Positions 13,201 to 24,790 of a DNA stretch of 64,000 nucleotides are shown here, in pieces. Both the position numbers and the translations under genes were made by a program. Below the pieces are notes generated by a model that worked only from the letters and a program-made list of their open reading frames with translations, was not told where the DNA came from and did not search any database. Positions within the stretch are counted from its first letter, which is position 1. Every line of letters starts with the position of its first letter. The DNA is from Podarcis cretensis (Eukaryota). The stretch covers positions 105,338,001-105,402,000 of the forward strand of contig OX638152.1 of the NCBI GenBank assembly GCA_951804945.1, in the 5' to 3' direction.

Positions 13201-15776
13201 CCCCAGGATAACATGTCATGCATCTGACAAAGGGACTGAAGTCTGCAAAACTCATTACAGTATAAATGTGCTATATTGGTCTTTAATGAACCAAAATGCT
13301 GTGTTGTTTCTAATGTCTATCATGCTACACCCTATAATTTATTTAGGAATTCTAGCAGGTTTTATAACTGAGATGCGTCATGTTGTTCTATGTGCCTTTT
13401 TTTTCTTAACTCCCCCTCTGACAAAAGAAAAAAAATCTGTTACCACCACAGAACCTTCCACTACAAAGTAATGGAATAGAGACATGATCCACATGGGATG
13501 AGCATCTTAATTATTGCAAAAAGCACATAGTTTAAATGGAGTTCCATTTAAACAAAGAACAAGACCACTACCAAAAACAGCCACTGCCCAATTTTTTTCA
13601 TAAGGTTTATGGAAGTTTGACAAATCAGTCCTTTTGAGGAGGCAATGGGGTATGTTAGTTATTTGGTGAATTGCAATAGTTTTATTATCTATATAAACAG
13701 TTTTCAACAATGAAATTGGAAATACATATTTTCTTTTTTGTAATTTTCAAATTACAATCTTGATGGACCTCATCCTTACAATGAAATCATTGGGAATTTG
13801 AGGTGAGATCCAATATAATGGGAGTGAGCTCACGCAGTGGGGCTCACACAGTGAGGCTTCTACTTTCTCTTCTACCTCTGTATCAGTTTTGGAGGTTTGA
13901 GGAACCATCCAGAACTGATTTGGAGGGCACATGGAAGGCACATGTAGGGGGGAAATGAGAAACCAGAAGTCTTATTTTTCAAGTGTTTGTCCATAAGCAA
14001 GCAGACATCACTGGAAGTCACCCACAATTCCCTAGTAAATATTGCTTTTGTAGAATTTTCCCACCTCTTTTGTTTGCTTGCTCTGGATCAACTGATGTCG
14101 TTTCTCAGAATTCCATGCAAATTGCGTCAACATACATGCACACAAACATGTTTGTTATGCTAAAGAAGTTGTGGCCATTATCCAATGACTTTTCATCAGT
14201 AAATAATGGTGCTACTGGTTTGCTGAAATTATTGAGTCATGTTTTTAAATAACCCTTTATGTTTCATGCTTTATACATAGTGGTGCCACATATATAAACA
14301 CATGAGGGGAATGGTCTATTAATGTGGTTGAGGTGGACACTAAAAAGTCTGATGAATCTTATACTTCACTAGATCATCAAGTGATCTCCATGTGGAGAAA
14401 GTGTTGGTAGCAAGCAAGCTTACACAAAGGCTTGAATTGAACATACAAGCTTTTCCCTGAACACATGAAGGTTAAAGGTGTGAGCATGAAGATCTGAAGG
14501 AGGCTTCTGCATGTGTGTAGTTGCACCCGCTTAGAAACCTCCATGCAACTGGGAACCTTTGCTTATCAGGGGATAATGGATGGGGGGATCTCATACTGAC
14601 AAAAATATTGCCATTTTGCTATCGTTTTTTGGAAAAAGGAAAAGCAGTTTTGTTTTAACATCACTGAAAACCAGCTGCCAGTGGCTCTTTAAGCATTTGT
14701 TGAAACAACCTTTTAGGTTACACTTTTGCTTGTGCTTTTTTGCCTCCTCCGTATTTGTATATTGTTGTGTGAGTTTCGAGCGTAAACAAAAAATGGTAAA
14801 GAGCATACTGTAGATAAGCTTTCAAATTGTTATGTGGCATTTTACCCACATATCTGTCAAGTAAAAGGTTAGAATTTTCACTCTTCTGAGGAAAACATAC
14901 CAATTAGCAGCAAGGCAATCCTGTTGCAAGCTTAAGGCTTGGGGGGAAAGTTTTGACATATTTGCAGATATAGTCCCTGCCATTTGTGGCCGCATATTTC
15001 CATGATTAATCTTCTAGCTGACCCAGACTTTGTGGTGCCTGACATGCCTACTAGAAAAGGACACGATTCAGCCAAGCGTATGCACAATGCAGCATGATAC
15101 TAAGATATGTTTACTCTGAAGTTGGGCACACTGGTGGGGGAATTAAATCCCTGTGACTTACATGTGTGGGGTGGATAACAAAAGAATTGGCTGGATTCAA
15201 AACTTGAGGCTTAGCACACTCTCCACCAGGAGGAGAGAACAGCACCAAAGTCCCCAGCTGGGGCTTCCCATCACTGCTCTGCATGCAGCCAGTCCATGAC
15301 ACATATGCTCTAAGGAAGCATGCGGAGGACTTTATCCCCAAAGCCACACAGAGATCAATGGGAAAATCAAGCAAATGCAGAAGTATCTCCTGCTGGAATA
15401 AAAGTGCTTCATTTTAACCTGGTGTTTTTAATTACTCTCTTTGTCATTGGAACCCCACAAACAGGAAGTGCAACCATTCCCCTCCCACCACATCCTCTCC
15501 GTGTGCCAGACTGGAATCACGAGGGCAGCTGCCATTTCCTTCCAAGGAGGTGCACCATTGTTCCCTGTGGAACACAAGTGCAAGGTTAGAAGCAGCACTA
15601 GGAGCAGAGGGGAGGGAGAGGGCCAAGAAAGGCAGATGTGCTGCTCCATGGGAAAATGAGAGGACATTACCATCCCACCTGCATTTGTGACTCAGCTTTA
15701 AAGTGTGCATTTATCTGCCTATACACGCTGCCTGTCCACATGAGCACTATGGATGTTAGAAATGAGTAATCACAGC

Positions 15777-16331
15777 TAGGGATGGACAGATGTCATGTCA
15801 GTTTCACATGCACTCAGCTTTAGGTTTCTTTCTTCCTATTTGGTTAAGAGCGGTAGTCTCGTAATCCTGGGGAACCAGGTTCGCGTCTCCGCTCCTCCAC
15901 ATGCAGCTGCTGGGTGACCTTGGGCTAGTCACACTTCCTTGAAGTCTCTCAGCCCCACTCACCTCATAGAGTGTTTGTTGTGGGGGAGGAAGGGAAAGGA
16001 GAATGTTAGCCGCTTTGAGACTCCTTAAAGGGAGTGAAAGGCGGGATATCAAATCCAAACTCTTCTTCTTCTTCTTATACATACAGTATTTAAAACTTTG
16101 TTCACGTATTATATACACTTTGTACACAATCTTCCCCTAAAATACACATTGTTTAAAATGCATTTCTTCCATAAAAGTCATGTTGTGCACATTTTTAAAA
16201 AACTGAAACAGTGTTGCAAAACTCAGAGAAGTGTGTAATCCAGTTGATTGCTGTGTTTCAGTTCATGTATAAGTTCTGGACCAGAGAATCGGGTCAGTTC
16301 AAAACACAAACTGAGCAAATTTCTCCCCCTA
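15777..16331. mobile_element. Degraded hAT-type non-autonomous DNA transposon, interrupted by a SINE
   Basis: Termini are TAGGG...CCCTA, flanked by atcacagc (15769-15776) and ctcacagc (16332-16339), a 7/8 match consistent with an 8-bp TSD. Confidence 0.5.
15841..16076 (+). mobile_element. tRNA-derived SINE, Squam3-type, slightly 5'-truncated
   Basis: Head TGGTTAAGAGCGG with B-box-like GGTTCGCGTCTCC, core GCTGGGTGACCTTGGGCTAGTCAC, an L2-like 3' stem GTTAGCCGCTTTGAG...AAAGGCGGGATATCAAATCC and a (CTT)n tail. Confidence 0.85.
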
Positions 16332-17969
16332 CTCACAGCAGAAGTAGCCACAGAGTCCCCCATGAGACCCTCCCACAGTGCTACAGTTTATTTATTTTTT
16401 AATTTAGTTTGACAATTCATATACTGCTCAATCACAGTCATCTTTAAGCAGTGTGCAGGAGATGTAATATAATGAAACTAAAAATCAGTTAAAACTCTAA
16501 AATCAGAATTCAGTCTAAAAGCCTGCTGGACGTTCTTCACAAGCATCTCAATACACAAATTATGCTGGTCTCAGGTCTCAGAAAAGGGCAAGCTACTGCA
16601 AACAGAATGATCTTTTATAGGTACGGGAGTCATTTCCAGGTGCTCATTCAGCATTCATTCTGGTTTATTTGCAGTTTATATGATGCTATGTTACCCAAAA
16701 TTGCCACTGCAATTTTTCCTTTATTTTGGCATTGGGTTTGTTGGGCAAGAGTGCCCAATTCACTTCAGCTGATCACCCTGAATTTGTCAGTATGCAACTG
16801 ATTCCCAGTCACAAAATAGTGACAGTTTGCAAAACGAGTGGCAACAAGAAATCTAGAAACTCAGAAAATACCAGAAACATTCTTGCCCACTAGTCAAGGG
16901 CCAAAGGACACTTTACATTTACATTTGTAGGTGTGCATCTAAGGTCTTTTATGTGTACACCTCAAAAGTTGAAAGAGACAGCCACAAGCATGCTTGCCAC
17001 ATCAGAGAGGCAGGTGTGTTTGACTCATTGACACACCTAAGTTTTAGAGTACAGGCGACCCCCACACACATTCAACTTGTGCTCAACCGTGTATACGTGC
17101 GGCACTGGAAAATAAATAAACAATTCCAATCAATCCATCCATCAATCAATCAATCAATTCAAACCTGAAATGGCAGGAGAGAGCTGGAAAGTCCTTGTGG
17201 CTCATGAGGAGACCCTCCCCAGAGCCTGAAGAGGATGTCAGTGAGCCAAAAGTCAATAAAGAAAAGGCTCCAAAATGATGCATGGGAGCTCTCACTGCTG
17301 CCACACTACCCTGCTCAACAGCTGTTGTGTGGGAAGCTGCATTGCAGGGGGCTCCCCACTTACATGCATTTCGCTGAGGCGTACAGGGCCCTAGAACATA
17401 CTAAGAACTTCTGAGCATGAACACAGAGTTACACAAGTTGATGCTTTAGTTCACCAACAGATTTTTGAAACTTATTTTCAAGCCCAGTTTTGTTATGGCA
17501 TTTTTTGCATTTTTTATTAGTTTTTGCTAACATAATCGGCACTCTTCATTATCTCGTTTGTCTCTCCTGCTGTTTGCTAAGTACTGATAATGTCTTTGTT
17601 CTTATAAATAAACAAACAGAAGGTTTCTTGACCAATCTCTCTAGATGTTTAAAATTTCATTAAACATGAGCTCGACTGAACAGTTGTGTCATCACAGTTA
17701 GTACACTTCAATTAATACAGTTTGATTCTATGGCAATAGCTAATGTTGTTACACGGTGAGTTCACCGCTCACTTATGCCAGGGAAGCCCTGCAAAGCAGT
17801 TCAGACGTGCTGAGCATACGCTCAACAAGAAGCTGCTGTCCATTCTGACTCCCCAGCACACTGAAACACCTTCAGGCTAAACTAGATGCAAAGGCACCAA
17901 CCACGACTGCTAAATCACATCTCCCCCCACATTCAGGCGTAAAGCCAATAATAAAGAAAGGGGTGGGGA

Positions 17970-18249
17970 CATGGGCATAGCCAGGATTTTTGCTGGGGGG
18001 GGGGCAGCCAAAGTTGTTTAGCTTTTTGGAGAAATCAAAGGTAAAAATACCTGGTAAGAGGACAGTTATTGTGCTTTTAATATTCTTTTGGGAGCCGCCC
18101 AGAGTGGCTGGGGTATAAATAATAATTTAAAATTTAAAAAATACATTACAGGAGATGGGATGGGCAAGCTTCTGCTGGGGGGGGGCAGAACCTCAGTTAA
18201 TTGAGTACTTTCAATGCTTTTCAATACTATTTGTGGATCTACGCCCATG
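17970..18249. mobile_element. MITE-like element with CATGGGCRTAG terminal inverted repeats, containing a short L2 3' tail (~18085-18130)
   Basis: catgggcatagcc ... atctacgcccatg; the internal ggagccgcccagagtggctggggtataaataataa matches the L2 tail at 22508-22565. Confidence 0.5.
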
Positions 18250-19000
18250 GGGTGAGGGCTGCTTTTAAGATCAAAATGGGCACACAGGTGAAGAAGCTGA
18301 ACCTCCCTCCTAACCACAGCCAAATAATTTTTTTCTCCCAATCAACCTGGTAGTAAAGGCAGAGAAACAAAGGGGCTCAGGGATCTGACCATGAAGAGAT
18401 GAGCTCCCCAAACCCATGTGCCCCTTTTGATATTAAAATCAGATCCTATCCTCATATTATTTCTTATATTTATTCAATCAATTTCTATGCTGCCTTTCAT
18501 TGGAGGATCACAGGGCAGTTTACAATATAAAAGCACAAAAATACATAATGTAGTAACAAGCAAAAACAATAACCTAACTAGACATCATGGCAGCAGCAAC
18601 CGTTGTTGTCACAAATGTGCTCTGTGGGGAGGCAGTTTCCCCAAACCACGCCCATTTGACAATCAGCTGACATCACGAGAGGGATGACTGGGTTAAATCC
18701 TGCATTGGCCTCACACAGATGTTCGGAGCACACAACCAAGGGCCAGGATTTAACACTCTCCCATCAGCTGATGAGTAGGGCTTAAATCCTGTTCAGTTAG
18801 GCGGAATTCCATGCAAATCCTTCCAGATTCAGGAAGGGGTTTGCATGGAACGCCCCCCCCCCCCGCCTTAAGAGGAAGCCTGTCCCCTTCATCCAGGGAA
18901 GGGATTCCTATGCAAACTCCTTCGGCAGCCAACATGCCTTTAAACAACCATGCACATGGGCTAAGGACTCCTGGCAAAGTTCTCAGGCCCAAGAATATGG

Positions 19001-19001
19001 G

Positions 19002-19047
<46 letters not shown>
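19001..19047. repeat. (GAAA)n microsatellite
   Basis: Read directly from the sequence. Confidence 0.95.
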
Positions 19048-19050
<3 letters not shown>

Positions 19051-20622
19051 CATTGCTGACACTTTGCCATAGGAAAACAGGGCAATTGCAACAACGCTAT
19101 CTTCCAGCAATAGATTGCCTAGTTGTCCTTAATGGGAATGCCCTAGACTGAGTGGTCTTAGTTAAAAGATCAGAGCTTAATATCCAAAAAGTATATTCAA
19201 ATTAAGATTTGCATTTGCAGAGAAAATGAGTAAGTTGTACCCATACTGCACAATTTGTTTTAATTTAATATGTACAACAGTTTTAAGTTTTCCAAATGGG
19301 TAACTTAGGATAATTGCCCACATCATTTATGTGTTTCCTCATTGGTGAGTCCATTGTGCTGTAAAATAGCAGGCAGAATTGTTTGGAAGAAGAGTTGCAT
19401 TTTAAATTAAACTTCCCATTGAGTTGTCATATGGATTTGATCAGACTGTTATTGTACATGAATAAAATATAGAAAACTTCTACAGCACATTTATTGAGGC
19501 TTAAATGTTGCCTCTTAAGGGTTGTGCTTTTCCATTTCACTCTTTATTGAGGAGTAGTCAATAGCCAACATCTAGAAATGGTCACATTCAACCTTAATTA
19601 AATGCATATTTGGGAAACTTAATGTAAAGTGCTAGCCCAGAAGGTTAGTTAATTTGGCTGTAAAGTGAAAACCATATTGATTGATGCAGGCCACAATACT
19701 GATGTGAATTCCTCTGAAATATAGCATTTGCTGTCCTGACTGTTGGAAGTACCTCGGGTCATCAAATTGATGCAGAGGTTATTGAACTCTTAATGCAAAA
19801 CTTAATTACTCAGAAATCTGTTGAATATGCATCTTTTAAAAACTTACCTACTGTTATATTCTTTAAGGGACAATGACCTCTTCTGACCTTTGCCTTGTAA
19901 GAATGAAATGTTCTCAATTCAGATTGAAAATGGCAGGTTTCCTGAGCCTGCAAATACCTAATGGCATGCATTTGTTTGAATTAAACCACCCCTTGTGTTG
20001 AGCCAGATAAAAATGTACTTGGTTAATATGCAAGGGCCATCTGTGAGCATTTTCTATGAAGCAATTACTGTGATCAAGGAAGAGAGACCCGCACACATCT
20101 TGATTTGGGTCAAGCACAGGCATGAAGGAGTTCTCCAGCCATCAAAATGCCTATCCTACTTTTACTGAATGGCTGGATACAACTTTTGAGGTGATCCCCA
20201 CATCTAGCGCCACCATTTGTATTTAACTAGTTGCTCCTGACTACTGCTGGAATCGGAGCCAGTTTATTTCTCTACATGTAAAGGTATGTCCTGTTCTTGT
20301 GACTGTAACTTGTTAAGCAGCAGGTCAGCTGAGTACTGCCACCCTACCCACCCCGCCATCTCCCATTTATATGAGACCCAGCATGGGATGCTGAAAATGT
20401 GGCCGTGCAGGCCTCTCCATGGAGAAAATTCCTGGGGCGTTACACTGCAGTTTGGAAATGCCTTCCCTGAACTCCCTGTTGATCCATCTTCCCTAGCAGG
20501 TTTGACCCAAAGCAAAGCCTCCTCAGACGATTTTAAAAATAAAAAACAAAGCACTCTTTGAAATGCATTGGGCCCACCAAAAATATTACAGTGAAATTCT
20601 GATTCACGTGAAGTTAGTGGTT

Positions 20623-20979
20623 AAAGGTAAAGGTACCCCTGCCCGTACGGGCCAGTCTTGACAGCCTCTGGGGTTGTGCGCCCATCTCACTTAAGAGGCC
20701 AGGGGCCAGCGCTGTCCGGAGACACTTCCGGGTCACGTGGCCAGCGTGACATCGCTGCTCTGGCGAGCCAGAGCCACACACGGAAACGCCGTTTACCTTC
20801 CCGCTGGTAAGCGGTCCCTATTTATCTACTTGCACCTGGAGGTGCTTTCGAACTGCTAGGTTGGCAGGCGCTGGGACCGAGCAGCGGGAGCGCACCCCGC
20901 CGCAGGGATTCGAACCGCCAACCTTTCGATCGGCAAGCCCTAGGCACTGAGGCTTTAACCCACAGCGCCACCTGCGTCC
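20623..20979 (-). mobile_element. Full-length Sauria SINE (Squam1)
   Basis: Minus strand starts GGACGCAGGTGGCGCTGTGGGTTAAAG (A box), has B box GGTTCGAATCCC and an (ACCTTT)n tail. Perfect 14-bp TSD tgaagttagtggtt at 20609-20622 and 20980-20993. Confidence 0.93.
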
Positions 20980-22069
20980 TGAAGTTAGTGGTTGGATAAT
21001 GCTAATTTTCAGATACAGGCTGACTGTCCAACTGTTTGTGGTGGTGTGGGAGTCAATGGCTTAAAGTACTTTAGTTTATCGATGTAAACAAATATGCCTA
21101 GTACAAAACCTACATTAGTGCAATGAATTTCAGCATCACAGGGGTCAGGATTCAGCTTTGTGGGGGCATTCCCAAGACCCCCTGCTGACCAACGGAACCA
21201 CCTTCCAGCCTTAATCTTCCACCTTGCTGCTTCTGTCTGTTTGCCAGCTTCTCCAAGCAGGAAATTAGAGATGAGACAAGAAGAAGGAGCAGCTTCCATT
21301 GGGCGCTGAGGAAGAAAACTCTGGTGTGAGCAGCAGTGACAGCGGCAAGAAAGCAGGCCCACTCAGCAGGGGAGGAGCCCCACTGAAAACCTCTTGCCCA
21401 AGAGTCCTCTAAAGTCTGGAGCCAAAATGGAGTTTCTATAGTATCTATAGAATACGTATTTGTATATAGTATTCTCCAATCTCTATTATCTATCCTCAGA
21501 TTATTTTACTTAAAGTTTTGAAAGCCTTTTTAAAATCATTTTATGTTGGGGGAAAGGAAGGGTTATCAGATAAGATGCAGCACCAGTTACCTTGCAAATC
21601 TGGAAGCTGTGGAAGTGATTGTGTGTTTGAAACTGTGCACCGCGAACATCCATCTCAGCTCAAGTCAATTGGCTGCAAGCTCTGGCACACTCTAATTAAG
21701 GTCTTATTTCTCATCAGGAGAGGGCGGTGACAAAAAAACCCTTTTGGTTAAATGAGAGTGGGATGGACTTGTTTGTTGGCAACATACTATTTACAATACT
21801 TAGGACACTTAGGACTGGAAAACAAAAGTGTGACCCAATATTCCCTCAATGGTGAGTGTACGACCATAAGAATGAGATTTCCAAAGCAACAATCCTCTGT
21901 TTTCACCAAAAAATGTATGTGTTTAGCTAGCGTTACCCTGAGAGATATTGCCCATCAGATTTTCCTGGGTATTTGGAGAGCATAGCATTCATATGAACAA
22001 GTGCATTCATATGAATGAGTCTTGTGTTTCTGGAATAGCTTACTTATCGTAGAATAGTAATTACTTACA

Positions 22070-22564
22070 ATGTTAAAACTGTACTGGGGAGACTTGAGTT
22101 AACATTTATTCTCAGCTGTGAATCTTGTTGGCTGAGCTGGGCAAGTCGTTATCTCGCTGCCTAACCTACCTCACAGAATTGTTGTGAAGAAAACATGGGA
22201 TAAACCAGTACGAGCCCTAAACGGCCTCGGTCCAGTATACCTGAAGGAGCGTCTCCACCCCCATCATTCTGCCCGAACGCTGAGGTCCAGCGCTGAGGGC
22301 CTTCTGGCGGTTCCCTCATTGCGAGAAGCAAAGCTACAGGGAACCAGGCAGAGGGCCTTCTCGGTAGTGGCGCCCGCCCTGTGGAACGCCCTTCCAGCAG
22401 ATGTCAAAGCGATAAACAACTACCTGACATTCAGAAGACATTTTAAGGCAGCCCTGTTCAGGGAAGTTTTTAACGTGTGATATTTTACTGTATTTTGGGT
22501 TTTTATGGAAGCCGCCCAGAGTGGCTGGGGAGGCCCAGCCAGATGGGCAGGGTATAAATAATAA

Positions 22565-22608
<44 letters not shown>

Positions 22609-22680
22609 ATCATTAAGCCTGGACCTTCATAGAGGAAGAGTGGGATAAAAATTAAATAAGTAAGTAAGTAAGTAAGTAAA
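22070..22680 (+). mobile_element. Old Squam3/MIR-like SINE split by an L2 insertion
   Basis: Core ctgggcaagtc...cctaacctacctcacagaattgttgtgaagaaaacatggga lies before 22207; the 3' end gaggaagagtgggataaaaattaaataag(taag)n resumes after 22607. Confidence 0.6.
22208..22606 (+). mobile_element. L2 LINE, 5'-truncated 3' end
   Basis: Encodes ALNGLGPVYLKERL...RTLRS...RAFSVVAPALWNALP...FRRHFKAALFREVFN, a typical L2 ORF2 C-terminus, followed by a 3' stem and a (TTA)n tail. Confidence 0.9.
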
Positions 22681-22714
22681 TTCCACTTTCCCTTTAATTT
22701 CTTAATCCTGTAGG

Positions 22715-23392
22715 AAGATATAATCCCACTCTATTCTGCCTTGGTCAGACCACATCTGGAATGCTATGTCTAGTTCTGGGCACCACAATTTAAGAAGGGT
22801 GTTGACAAGCTGGAAGGTGTGCAGAGGAGGGAGACCAAGATGATCAAGGGTCTGGAAACCACGCCTGATGAGGAATAGTTGAAGGAACTGGTATGTTTAG
22901 CCTGGAACAGAGGAGACTGAGAATAATAATAATAATAATAATAATAAATTTTATTTATATCCCGCCCTCCCCAGCCGAAGCCGGGCTCAGGGCGGCTAAC
23001 AACATTAAAACAGTGTGACATTATAAAACATTATAAAAATGAATTAAAATCAAAATTGATGGCAATAGAGATATAATAGTCATCTTCAAATATCTTAAGG
23101 GCTGTCACATGGAGGAGGGAACAAACTTGATGTCTCCTGCTCTGGAGGGGAGGACCCAAACCAATGGCTTCAAGTTAAAAGGAGATTTCGACTCAACATC
23201 AGGAAGAACTTTCTGACAGTAAGAGCTGTTTGGCAGTGGAACAGACTCCCACGAGAGGTGGTGGACTCTCCTTCCTTGGAGGTTTTTAAAGAGAAGTTGG
23301 GTGGCCACCTGTCAGGGATGCTTTAGCTGAGATTCCTGCATTGCTGGACTAGATGACCCTTGGGGTCCCTTCCAACTCTAAGATTCTGTGAC
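22715..23392 (+). mobile_element. CR1 LINE 3' fragment, interrupted at ~22923-23066
   Basis: Degenerate CR1 C-terminal coding (PLYSALVRPHLEC..FWAPQFKK.VDKLE.VQRR.TKMIKGLE) and the 3' end GGTCCCTTCCAACTCTAAGATTCTGTGA. Confidence 0.9.
22923..23066 (-). mobile_element. Short L2 3' tail inserted in reverse orientation into CR1
   Basis: (AAT)n tract followed by the reverse complement of GTTGTTAGCCGCCCTGAGCCCGG...GGCTGGGGAGGGCGGGATATAAAT, the same tail as the L2 at 57200-57288. Confidence 0.85.
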
Positions 23393-23591
23393 TCCACTAC
23401 TAAGGATGGAAGCTTATTTTTCATGGCTTTCCTCCTCCTCTTCCCTCCCCATTCCTTTTCATTTTGCATAATGTCTATTAGATTGCGAGCCTTGGGCAGG
23501 GTCAGTCTGTACCTGTACTGCGCTTTGAAAATCTAAGCAATTTAGAAGTGATTCTTATGATTATTTGTTATTATTAGATGTTGAAGGCGGT

Positions 23592-24674
23592 GAGAATTCT
23601 GTTAGACGCTTCTAGCCTCTTGCGTAGAACTTCACAAAGGAATTACTATTAAATCAGTTTAATTCTGTGGTGCAGATTAATTTGCATGGATGAGGATGCT
23701 GGTGGGAAATTAAACATGCATTCACAATGGAGAGAGTCATCCAATCATATCAAATTTACTGCATGTAATGCTTTAAAAGAAAATATTATGAAAATGATCT
23801 ACCGGTGGTACATGACCCCAGTCAAGCTTGCAAAAATTTACCACTTGCCTAACAATAAGTGTTGGAAATGTAATGAGACTGAAGGCACCTTCTACCACCT
23901 TTGGTGGACCTGCCCAAAGGTTAAAGCTTTCTGGGAAATGATCTATAATGAAATTAAGAAGGTCCTTAAGTGGACTTTTCCTAAGAAACCAGAGGCTTTT
24001 CTCTTGGGCATGGTTGGCCAAGTGGTGTTAAGGAAGGATAGGACTTTCTTTATGTATGCCACTACAGCAGCAAGAATTCTACTGGCAAAGTATTGGAAGA
24101 TGCAAGAACTACCTACTCTGGAAGAATGGCAAACAAAGGTGATCGACTTTATGGGACTAGCCGAGATGACGGGCAGAATCCATGACCAGGGGAAAGAGAC
24201 AGTGGAAGAGGACTGGAAGAAATTTAAAATATATCTTAAAAACAATTGTAAAATTGAGGAATGTTAAGATGTCAGGGGTAAGAGGTAAAGAATTGCAGCA
24301 GTAATTAAAAAAAAATTAAAGGAAACTTTATGAAAGGGAATTAAGACAATGGACCTAAGGGTTGCTAAAGAACCATTAAACAAGGATGCAGGGATGGGGA
24401 GGTATGGGGAAGTCAAAAGAAAGAAGGGTATGAAATGATGATTTTGAAGCTATATTGATCTATATTGTTTTTGTTATCTGTCTGAAAAACGAATAAAAAT
24501 TATTAAAAAAAAAAGAGAGAATTCTGTTAGACGCTTCTAGCCTCTTGCGTAGAACTTCACAAAGGAATTACTATTAAATCAGTTTAATTCTGTGGTGCAG
24601 ATTAATTTGCATGGATGAGGATGCTGGTGGGAAATTAAACATGCTTTCACAATGGAGAGAGTCATCCAATCATA
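23592..24674 (+). repeat. 158-bp direct repeat pair (23592-23749 and 24517-24674) flanking the L1 fragment
   Basis: Both copies run gagaattctgttagacgc...gtcatccaatcata with one mismatch (catgcAttcac vs catgcTttcac). Confidence 0.95.
23750..24514 (+). mobile_element. L1-clade LINE, 5'-truncated: ORF2 C-terminal Cys-rich domain, 3'UTR and poly(A)
   Basis: Open frame IKFTACNALKENIMKMIYRWYMTP...CWKCNETEGTFYHLWWTCPKV (CX2C-X8H-X4C) ends at 24267. It is followed by a G-rich 3'UTR, AATAAA at 24492 and an A-tail at 24505-24514. Confidence 0.92.
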
Positions 24675-24711
24675 CCAATTTCCATAAGAATGAATCTTTG
24701 TGCATATGTCT

Positions 24712-24790
24712 CCTGTCATAGAGTTGGAAGGGATCCGGTGGTCATCTAGTCCCACCTTCTGAAATGCATCCATGACAGATAGCCATGACC
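24712..24790 (-). mobile_element. CR1 3' tail remnant
   Basis: tcatagagttggaagggatcc...ggtcatctagtcc is the reverse complement of the CR1 3' end seen at 23345-23390. Confidence 0.65.

Noticed and set aside
20880-20979. tRNA-like A/B boxes
   Set aside because: They are SINE heads, not tRNA genes; no cloverleaf is supported.
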